A stretch of DNA of 64,000 nt, taken from contig DASTMP010000173.1 of the NCBI GenBank assembly GCA_035714085.1, positions 6,170-70,169 of the forward strand. Direction: 5' to 3'. Source of the stretch: Blastocatellia bacterium. GTDB taxonomy: Bacteria > Acidobacteriota > Blastocatellia > RBC074. The position numbers and the translations under genes are program-made. The notes under the pieces were generated by a model. It worked only from the letters and a program-made list of their open reading frames with translations. It was not told the origin of the DNA and searched no databases. Positions 57,100 to 64,000 of this stretch are shown here, piece after piece. Position 1 is the stretch's first letter. Every line of letters begins with the position of its first letter.

Positions 57100-58074
57100 T
57101 CATAAAATCGTTTCCCTGGCCCACAACGCCGCGCCGATCAACCCGGCGTTGTTGCCCAACTGCGCCTGGACGACCTCCACCTTGAGCGAATCGACCAGAA
57201 AGACGCGGGCGCGCATCGAGCGGCGGATCGGATCGAGGATCAGTTCGCCGGCGGCGGCCACGCCGCCGCCGATGACTATCCGTCGCGGAGTCACGGCCGT
57301 AATCACATTGGCGATGCCAGCTCCGATGACCTTGCCGGCGAATTCGTAAATCTCGCGCGCGGCCTCGTCGCCGCGCCTGGCCGCCTCACATATTAATTCG
57401 GGCGTGATGCGGTTGAGGTCATTTTCGCACATTTCGGCGATGGTCGTATTGCGCCCCTGCACGACGGCTTTCATGCCCATCGCGGCGATCGCCGGGCCTG
57501 AGGCGTAAGCCTCGATACAGCCGTAACTGCCGCAACCGCATTTCGGCCCGTTCAGGTCGACGCTGACGTGACCCAATTCTCCCGCCGAGCCGTTGATTCC
57601 GAGGTGCAGTTTGCCGTTGATGACCAGCCCGCCGCCTATCCCCGTGCCCAGCGTGTAACAAGCGGTGTCGGCGCCGCGACCCGCGCCGAACTTCCATTCG
57701 CCGAGCGTCATCGAGCGCGCGTCGTTGAGTATCGCGACGGACAATTCGGTCAACCGCGTCAATTGATCGCGCACCGCAACGTTGCGCCAGTTACCCGGCA
57801 GGTTGGGCAGAAAAATTGTCATCCCCCGGTCGAGATCGAGCGCGCCTGGAATGCCGATGCCGACGCCGCCGACGTCTGACTTCGACAGTTTGTTGGCGAC
57901 GATGATCTCTTCGGCCAGCACGGCCATCTGCGCGATCACCGCGTCGTGCCCTTCGCGCGCGCGCGTGGGCGTCGAACGCGTCGCCGCGATCTCGCCCGTC
58001 TCGGTGTTCACCAGCGCGGCTTTGATATTCGTTCCGCCCAGATCGATTCCTATAAAGTGTGTTTTGTCAGGCAT
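57100..58074 (-). CDS. ROK-family glucokinase
   Basis: Motifs are [15 protein letters not shown] (ATP-binding), [25 protein letters not shown] (ROK zinc motif) and GGGV. Confidence 0.85.
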   Translation of the reverse strand: MPDKTHFIGIDLGGTNIKAALVNTETGEIAATRSTPTRAREGHDAVIAQMAVLAEEIIVANKLSKSDVGGVGIGIPGALDLDRGMTIFLPNLPGNWRNVAVRDQLTRLTELSVAILNDARSMTLGEWKFGAGRGADTACYTLGTGIGGGLVINGKLHLGINGSAGELGHVSVDLNGPKCGCGSYGCIEAYASGPAIAAMGMKAVVQGRNTTIAEMCENDLNRITPELICEAARRGDEAAREIYEFAGKVIGAGIANVITAVTPRRIVIGGGVAAAGELILDPIRRSMRARVFLVDSLKVEVVQAQLGNNAGLIGAALWARETIL

Positions 58075-58258
58075 ATCTTAAGTGAATGCTTTAATATCTG
58101 ATGCAAGCGCAGCCTTGCTTTTTACCCAATCGGCGACAGGATAGCAAGATTTTTGAGCTTTGCGAGCTCGCTTAAATCGTGTGACCTGTGTAAAATCTTC
58201 GCCATCCTTTCAACCCGCAAGCAATGTTCATAATTTAATAGGCAAAGCGAGACACGAT

Positions 58259-59692
58259 ATGAATCTTACACTCCGCCTGCAACTCTCTGTAATGATGTTC
58301 ATCCAGTTCTTCGTCTGGGGCGCATGGTATGTGGCGGCGCCGAATTACCTGAAAGAAATCGGTTTCACCGGTGATGACATCAGTTGGGTCTACACTGTAA
58401 GCTACATCGCCGGAATCATATCACCCTTCTTTATCGGGATGATCGCGGATCGGTTCTTTGCGGCGCAGCGTGTGCTAGGTGTAATGCACTTGCTCGGCGC
58501 AGCGATTATGATTCTCGCGACAACACTGATGTCCCAATCGGCCCCGCCTGCGGCCATCATCATCACAATCTTCGGCTACCAACTTACCTACTTCCCGACG
58601 CTCGCGCTGACCAACACTCTTGCCATGCGAAACATCACCAACCCTGAAAAGGAGTTTCCGGGCTTACGCGTGCTGGGAACTATCGGATGGATCGTCGCCG
58701 GGTTGCTGCTCAGTTGGCTGGGATGGGGAACCAAAATCAATATGTTCTACTTGACGGCCGTGGCGGCAGTCGTCCTGGGTTTGTTCAGTTTCGCGTTGCC
58801 ACACACGCCGCCGACGCAAACCGGCCCGGTTTCAGCGCGGCAGGTCCTGGGACTCGACGCCCTGGTGCTCCTGAAAGATCGCAATTACCTGATCTTCATG
58901 GTCGCGTCATTTTTGATCTGCATTCCCCTCGCTTTTTACTATCAGATCACTAGTCGCGTGGTTGAGATGCTGCAGTTTCAAAATGTGTCCGGCCTTGGCG
59001 ATATCGCGACCACACTCGGATTCGGCGACGTCATAACCCTTGTAATGTCGTTTGGGCAGATGGCCGAAGTTTTCTTTATACTCGTGATGCCCCTCTTTTT
59101 CGCGCGACTCGGCGTGAAATGGATGCTGGCGGTGGGAATGCTGGCCTGGGTCGTTCGGTACGCCCTGTTTTCGCTTGGCGCGCCGGATGGGGTGAGATGG
59201 ATGATCATCGGTGGCATCCTGCTGCATGGCATCTGCTACGACTTCTTCTTCGTGACGGGTCAGATTTACACCGATCAGGTCGCGCCCAAACACATCCGCG
59301 CCCAGGCGCAAGGGCTTCTCGTGCTCTTCACGCTCGGCCTGGGTATGGCTATTGGAGCAAAAGTGGCCGGATTAATCGAAACACAGCATACGCCTGCCGC
59401 CGCCACCGCGTTCAATCAGCAGATGGTCGCCAAGAACGCCGAGATCGAGCAGTTGAAAAGCAGGTTGTCAACCGCAGGCGGAGCTGACCGCGCCGCGCTG
59501 GAAACGCAGATAAATCAGCTTGAAGTGGAGAAAACCGAACTTGGCCGCGCCGGACTGAAGGCCATCGAATGGAAGCCGCTATGGGCAAAGCCAGCAATTT
59601 TCGCGGCGGCGATCCTGGCCCTGTTCGTCCTGCTCTTCAAAAACAAAACAGCTGTAGCTTCAGACAAAAAGGCCGAGGCCTACGCCGACTGA
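58259..59692 (+). CDS. MFS nucleoside:H+ symporter family (NupG/XapB-like) permease with a hydrophilic coiled-coil insertion before the last TM
   Basis: [25 protein letters not shown] is the typical family N-terminus. ATG 58259 is preferred over the ORF-track start 58160. Confidence 0.7.
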   Translation: MNLTLRLQLSVMMFIQFFVWGAWYVAAPNYLKEIGFTGDDISWVYTVSYIAGIISPFFIGMIADRFFAAQRVLGVMHLLGAAIMILATTLMSQSAPPAAIIITIFGYQLTYFPTLALTNTLAMRNITNPEKEFPGLRVLGTIGWIVAGLLLSWLGWGTKINMFYLTAVAAVVLGLFSFALPHTPPTQTGPVSARQVLGLDALVLLKDRNYLIFMVASFLICIPLAFYYQITSRVVEMLQFQNVSGLGDIATTLGFGDVITLVMSFGQMAEVFFILVMPLFFARLGVKWMLAVGMLAWVVRYALFSLGAPDGVRWMIIGGILLHGICYDFFFVTGQIYTDQVAPKHIRAQAQGLLVLFTLGLGMAIGAKVAGLIETQHTPAAATAFNQQMVAKNAEIEQLKSRLSTAGGADRAALETQINQLEVEKTELGRAGLKAIEWKPLWAKPAIFAAAILALFVLLFKNKTAVASDKKAEAYAD

Positions 59693-59702
59693 AGGAAGAC
59701 AG

Positions 59703-59750
59703 AGAGAAAGAGGGATGGAGAGAAAAAGCGGCTTCTATCCCTCTTTCTCT
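59703..59750. repeat. Hairpin with 14-bp perfect arms (agagaaagagggat / atccctctttctct) between convergent genes; probable terminator/REP
   Basis: 59703-59716 pairs with 59737-59750. A CT-rich low-complexity tail follows. Confidence 0.75.
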
Positions 59751-59792
59751 CCGTCCCTCCATCTCTCTGTCGCGCTGTCCCTCCGCAATCCC

Positions 59793-60809
59793 TCAGGATA
59801 ATCCGCGGATCGAGACCAGCATATTCTTGAGGTTTCTAGTCGCGTCGATCACCGCCGTGGGTTCATAGCCGCAATGAACCATGCAATCGCGGCAGCGCGG
59901 GTTGCCGCTCTGGTGGCCGTATTTCTCCCATTCGGTTGTCTCGATCAATTCCTTGAACGATTTCGCGTAGCCGTCATTGAGCAGGTAGCAGGGCTTTTGC
60001 CAGCCGAAGACGTTGTAATTCGGGTTGCCCCAGGGCGTGCATTCATAATCTACCTCGCCCATCAGGAATTTCAGGAAGAAGACTGACTGGTTGAATTGCC
60101 ATCGCTTGCCGCGCGGCGTCCGCAGCGGGCCGAGGATTTCTCTGAATAGCTTTTTGGTCTGTTCGCGTTTGAGGAAGTGATCCTGATCGGGCGCCCAGGC
60201 GTAGCTGTAACCGGGCGAGATCGTCATCCCGTCCACGCCCAAATCCATTACCGCGTCGAACATCTCGTGAAACTCTTTCGGGTCTTCGCCGTCAAAGACC
60301 GTCGTGTTGGTGTTGACGCGGAAGCCTCGCGCCTTGGCCGCTTTGATCGCGTCGACCGCCTTGTCGAACGTGCCTTCGCGGTCGACGCATTTGTCGTGGG
60401 TTTCGCGCAGGCCGTCGAGGTGGACGTTGAACGTCAGGTAAGGCGACGGAGTGAACCTGTCGAGATTCTTTTCGAGCAGGATGGCGTTGGTGCAGAGATA
60501 GACGAACTTTTTGCGCTCGATCATCCCTTTCGCGATCACGTCAATTTCGGGGTGCATCAGCGGCTCACCGCCTGCGATCACGACCACTGGCGCCCCGCAT
60601 TCCTCCGCCGCGCGGAAGGCCTCTTCGGGCGGCATGTTCTTCTTCAGAATGTCGCCGGGGTATTGAATCTTGCCGCAGCCTACGCAGGCCAGGTTGCAGC
60701 GGAAGAGCGGCTCCAGCATCAAGACCAGAGGATAACGTTTATTGCCTTTCAGTTTCTGTTTGAAGATGTACGCGCCCACGGCCAGAGCCTGGCGCAAAGT
60801 GATAGCCAT
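59793..60809 (-). CDS. hpnH: Adenosyl-hopene transferase, radical SAM (hopanoid side-chain extension)
   Basis: [27 protein letters not shown] carries the CxxxCxxC radical SAM cluster, and the N-terminus is nearly identical in pattern to the HpnH sequences I remember. Length is 338 aa. Confidence 0.8.
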   Translation of the reverse strand: MAITLRQALAVGAYIFKQKLKGNKRYPLVLMLEPLFRCNLACVGCGKIQYPGDILKKNMPPEEAFRAAEECGAPVVVIAGGEPLMHPEIDVIAKGMIERKKFVYLCTNAILLEKNLDRFTPSPYLTFNVHLDGLRETHDKCVDREGTFDKAVDAIKAAKARGFRVNTNTTVFDGEDPKEFHEMFDAVMDLGVDGMTISPGYSYAWAPDQDHFLKREQTKKLFREILGPLRTPRGKRWQFNQSVFFLKFLMGEVDYECTPWGNPNYNVFGWQKPCYLLNDGYAKSFKELIETTEWEKYGHQSGNPRCRDCMVHCGYEPTAVIDATRNLKNMLVSIRGLS

Positions 60810-60994
60810 CGCTTCCCTTCTTCCTCTTATGCCATAGAGACACGGAGACAGAGAGAGAATAAAGGGAAATAAAGCGCTTCTCTTGACCTTTTTGGCCTTT
60901 TCTCTCTAGCTCTGCGCGCCTGTGGCAATTTATTTGAGCACATGTAATGTGGTTTGAATTAGCGCAAAAGCGGTTCGTCCGCCTAAAAACGGGG

Positions 60995-61037
60995 AACGGT
61001 GAAAGAGTGTAACGCATAGTCTCGCTCTTTCACCGTT
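60995..61037 (-). terminator. Hairpin (13-bp stem aacggtgaaagag / ctctttcaccgtt) downstream of the M28 peptidase gene
   Basis: On the minus strand the stem is followed by ccccgttttt. The T run is offset by 5 nt, so confidence is only moderate. Confidence 0.45.
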
Positions 61038-61074
61038 TCAGTTCAACCTTTTTCAGCTTGGGAACACCGCCGCT

Positions 61075-62856
61075 TTAATTTTGCTTCTTGGCTTTTTCCA
61101 CGGCTTTGGTCGCTTTTGCAGGCTTCGCGCCCGAAGGCTGTTTGCCGTCCGGCGTCGCGGATTGCGGGGCGGCGGCGACCGGTTCCGCGGGTTTAACCGC
61201 GCCCTCCGGCAGCGGTTTGCGCGGCAGTTTCTGGTCGCGCATCGCGGCGTTATAGACGAACGCGGCGATGATCACCGAAGCCTGCTTCATGTCGTCGGCC
61301 TGGATGCGGTCGTAGACATCCATGTTCGAGTGATGGGTGCGCGTGCCGTATTCGATCTCGTCCTGGATGAACTGGAAGCCGGGCAAGCCGACCGCGTCGA
61401 ACGAGAGGTGGTCGGTGCCGCCGGTGTTTCTACTGGTCAGCGTGGACGCTCCCAAATCGCGGAACGGCTCGAGCCAGGCGCGGAAAATCGGGCGCACGGC
61501 CTCGTTGCCCTGCAAATAAACGCCGCGAATCTTGCCCGTGCCGTTGTCCAGGTTGAAATAGGACGAGAACTTCTCGTGTTCCGGTTTGAGAGTGAGCGGC
61601 CCCTGTTGCCCTGCTGGCCCTGCGCCCGCGGAAGGCGCCGAAGCCTGGCGTGAGGCGAAATGTTGTTCGACGTAGGCGCGAGATCCGATCAGCCCTTCCT
61701 CTTCGCCGCCCCACAGCCCGATGCGGATCGTCCGGCGAGGCTTGACGTTGAGCGCTTGAAGGATTCGCACGACCTCCATCGCCACTGCCGACCCCGCGCC
61801 ATTGTCCGTGGCGCCGGTTCCCGAATGCCACGAATCGAAGTGGCCCCCGACCATCACGATCTCGTCCTTCAGATCCGAGCCGGGGATTTCGGCGGTCACG
61901 TTGTGCCCCATCAGGTCCTGATCCTGGAACTTCGCGCTGATCTGAACTTCGAGTTCGACCGGGACGCCCTTGGCCACCATTCGCACGATACGGTTGTAAT
62001 GCTCGGCGGCGAGCGACGCCTGCGGAATTATCTTTGCGTCGGGCGCCCACGGCCTGGGGCGGCGGTCGAAGGAGGCGTCGGCGGGCGCGGGCATCGTAAC
62101 CGATTGGACGAAGATCGTTCCACCGTCGCCGCGACCGATATCCAGCACGACTCCGGCGCCTTCGTCATAAACCATCTGCCACTTCTTGGCATTCAACTCC
62201 ATCGCGGCGCGCATGTCGGGGTTGCCGCCTGGGCCGCCGGGACCGCCACGGCGGAAGCCGCCATCGGGCGTGGGCGGCGCGGAGTTCGCCATCGCCAATA
62301 ATTCTTCGTCGGTCGCCCGCGTTCCTTCAGGCTTGAAGTGGGCCTGCAACTCGCGGGGCGGGGAGAGCAGGACGATCGCGCCTTTCAGTTTGCCTTTGTA
62401 TTTATCCAGATCGGCCGGCGTCTTGGCGTCGAGGTAGACGACCTGACCGCGCACGACGCCGTTGGTGCTCGGAGACCAGGCCTTGGGATAGGCGATGAGC
62501 GGGATGAAATCGGGTTTGACGATGTTGGCGCTGAAACCTTCGAGCGACCATCCGCGCCCGAACGGCCCCCAGGCTTCGAGGGTCGCTTTCTGCAAACCCC
62601 ACTCGGTCAGCTTGCCCTTAGCCCATTCGCATGCCCTGTTATATTGAGGCGAATTGGTCAGGCGAGGGCCATGTACGTCCGTCAGCCAGCTCAACGTCTC
62701 CATCACCTGCGAACGTTGCATGCCTTCTTCACGAATCTTCTTCATCATCTCCTGGTCTATTTTTTCGACCTGGGAGACTTGCGCGCTGACGGCCAGAGAT
62801 AAGATCAGGACCGCAGCGATCGGGGCCATAACCCACTTATATCTACGATGTGTCAT
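61075..62856 (-). CDS. Secreted M28-family aminopeptidase with PA domain
   Basis: Motifs are [26 protein letters not shown] and [12 protein letters not shown] (Zn ligands). It has a signal peptide. ATG 62856 has a GGAGGA RBS, and the ORF-track start 62901 is GTG. Confidence 0.8.
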   Translation of the reverse strand: MTHRRYKWVMAPIAAVLILSLAVSAQVSQVEKIDQEMMKKIREEGMQRSQVMETLSWLTDVHGPRLTNSPQYNRACEWAKGKLTEWGLQKATLEAWGPFGRGWSLEGFSANIVKPDFIPLIAYPKAWSPSTNGVVRGQVVYLDAKTPADLDKYKGKLKGAIVLLSPPRELQAHFKPEGTRATDEELLAMANSAPPTPDGGFRRGGPGGPGGNPDMRAAMELNAKKWQMVYDEGAGVVLDIGRGDGGTIFVQSVTMPAPADASFDRRPRPWAPDAKIIPQASLAAEHYNRIVRMVAKGVPVELEVQISAKFQDQDLMGHNVTAEIPGSDLKDEIVMVGGHFDSWHSGTGATDNGAGSAVAMEVVRILQALNVKPRRTIRIGLWGGEEEGLIGSRAYVEQHFASRQASAPSAGAGPAGQQGPLTLKPEHEKFSSYFNLDNGTGKIRGVYLQGNEAVRPIFRAWLEPFRDLGASTLTSRNTGGTDHLSFDAVGLPGFQFIQDEIEYGTRTHHSNMDVYDRIQADDMKQASVIIAAFVYNAAMRDQKLPRKPLPEGAVKPAEPVAAAPQSATPDGKQPSGAKPAKATKAVEKAKKQN

Positions 62857-63154
62857 TTTGTTTTCCTCCGAAGGATTACAAAAGCCCGCAAACGGACCCA
62901 CGACGGTCTTGCGGTTTCAAGCTCTTGTGTTTGAAATTTCGGTTCTGACGATTAATCACGATCAGGAGTGTTCAGCGCCGCATCTTTACGTCCCGCGGCC
63001 ACAGGCTCATACGCGGAAGCTGTCATCCTGGTTGCGCCTGCTTGCAGTGAGCGTGGCGCCAATGCTAAAAAAACGCCTCCCCTTCTAATTCCCGGTCCGG
63101 ATTAGCCAGTTAAAACCGAGCTCGATGGAATGAGCGGCGAGCGACTGGCTGAAA

Positions 63155-63706
63155 ATGCTTTGGAGGAGTCTTTTGAAACGCGTTTCGATTATTATCACAA
63201 TTGTCTTGATCGCGCTCGGCGGCGCGTCGCAAGCGCCTTCTTTCGCGCAGCAGAAGCAACGGCAGAAAAAGCCGACGCGGGGCGCGAAGCCCACGCCCAC
63301 GCCCACGCCCGACACGCGCGCGGAGGCGTCTAAGGTGGCCGCGCAGATCAAAAAAGTCTCGAATTTCATATACATCTACGGCAAGGTCGTCAACGGCCTC
63401 GAATTCGCGAATGAGCAGGCGAAGGACGATCCCGCATCGCCTAAAGCCCAGGCCCTTAACAAAGAGAACAAAGACAAGCTGATAGCCAGCATCGCCGGTT
63501 TGCGAGCCGAGGTAGAAGACCTGTCGAAAGGCTTTGAGGGCAATCCGCGCTTGCAGGTGCAGTATTTGAAGCTCTCTTACGCGACCGACGCCTCGCTCGA
63601 CGCAGAGCGGTTTGCGGCGGCGGGACGATATGATGAGGCGGGCAAATCGCTGGTCACGGTGGTCGAGAGATTGACGGACACCATCATTTCAATGCGGCTG
63701 CCGTAG
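63155..63706 (+). CDS. Hypothetical secreted helical protein
   Basis: It has a signal peptide [31 protein letters not shown] and a K/P/T-rich linker. No family was recognised. Confidence 0.45.
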   Translation: MLWRSLLKRVSIIITIVLIALGGASQAPSFAQQKQRQKKPTRGAKPTPTPTPDTRAEASKVAAQIKKVSNFIYIYGKVVNGLEFANEQAKDDPASPKAQALNKENKDKLIASIAGLRAEVEDLSKGFEGNPRLQVQYLKLSYATDASLDAERFAAAGRYDEAGKSLVTVVERLTDTIISMRLP

Positions 63707-64000
63707 GGTTTTTCCGCAGGTCATCATCAGCCCGATCTCTTCCTGATCGGCCCGCTGCGGATCGACCTCGCCGACGATCCTTCCCTGATACATCACTATC
63801 GCGCGGTCGGCGAGCGAGAGAACCTCTTCGAGTTCGGCTGAGACCAGCAACACGGCGGCGCCGGCGTCGCGCAATTCGATCAGTTTGCGGTGGATGAATT
63901 CGACGGCGCCGATGTCGACGCCGCGCGTCGGTTGCGCGACCAGCAGCAGTTTCGGCCTCAGATCGAATTCGCGGCCGACTATCAGCTTCTGCTGATTGCC
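63689..64000 (-). CDS. ABC transporter ATP-binding protein, C-terminal part (5' end beyond window)
   Basis: My translation of the minus strand beyond the ORF-track ORF gives [77 protein letters not shown]. This is the signature/Walker B/D-loop region of the second NBD of sugar/nucleoside-type ABC ATPases. Confidence 0.7.
   Translation of the reverse strand, partial: GNQQKLIVGREFDLRPKLLLVAQPTRGVDIGAVEFIHRKLIELRDAGAAVLLVSAELEEVLSLADRAIVMYQGRIVGEVDPQRADQEEIGLMMTCGKTLRQPH

Noticed and set aside
58112-58135. Small hairpin plus T run (gcaagcgcagccttgcttttt) upstream of the nucleoside permease
   Set aside because: It has only a 5-bp stem and is oriented on the plus strand, where no upstream gene needs termination. 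It is too weak to call.

Overview
This is a GC-rich bacterial chromosomal segment, probably Acidobacteriota. That placement is an inference from three very large CarboxypepD_reg-type TonB-dependent receptor genes with paired CarboxypepD_reg+TPR genes, many secreted haem and hydrolase proteins, hpnH, and abundant GA/CT-rich palindromic intergenic repeats. I call about 54 protein-coding genes and one tRNA-Arg(UCG); I found no rRNA, CRISPR array, transposase or integrase. Most of the window is housekeeping or environmental-interface content: a Tat-exported ThDP enzyme plus an LLM oxidoreductase, an MFS transporter, two di-haem CCP-superfamily proteins, a Y_Y_Y sensor kinase with a NarL-type regulator, a sigma-54 activator next to a GNAT/FtsX-FtsX-HlyD-ABC efflux operon, a GH29 fucosidase, ROK glucokinase, a nucleoside permease, HpnH and an M28 peptidase. 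Two regions stand out. (1) 30894-32922 (minus strand) holds three translationally coupled genes (ATGA start/stop overlaps): a TIGR04222-type polytopic membrane protein ending in a 49-aa tail of only Ser/Gly/Cys/Asp/Thr with 7 Cys, a DUF692/MNIO (MbnB/TglH-like) oxidase with all remembered metal-ligand motifs, and a 75-aa Cys-free helical protein. It looks like an MNIO peptide-modification system whose substrate is the tail of a membrane protein rather than a free precursor peptide, and I am not aware of any experimental characterisation. (2) 19663-23300 is an accessory islet. It contains a DUF433-like small gene, a visibly AT-rich about 1.9 kb segment carrying a frameshifted about 560-aa P-loop NTPase, a short (probably truncated) TIR-domain ORF, and a PIN/antitoxin pair. 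Other points are a REP-like palindrome translated in frame inside a cytochrome c gene with a second copy 33 kb away, a candidate sigma-54 promoter with a perfect 12-bp palindrome upstream, a 9-bp in-frame tandem repeat in an HExxH protein, and an about 1 kb AT-rich ORF-free spacer between divergent TonB-dependent receptor genes. All family assignments come from motif recognition by eye; no searches were run.
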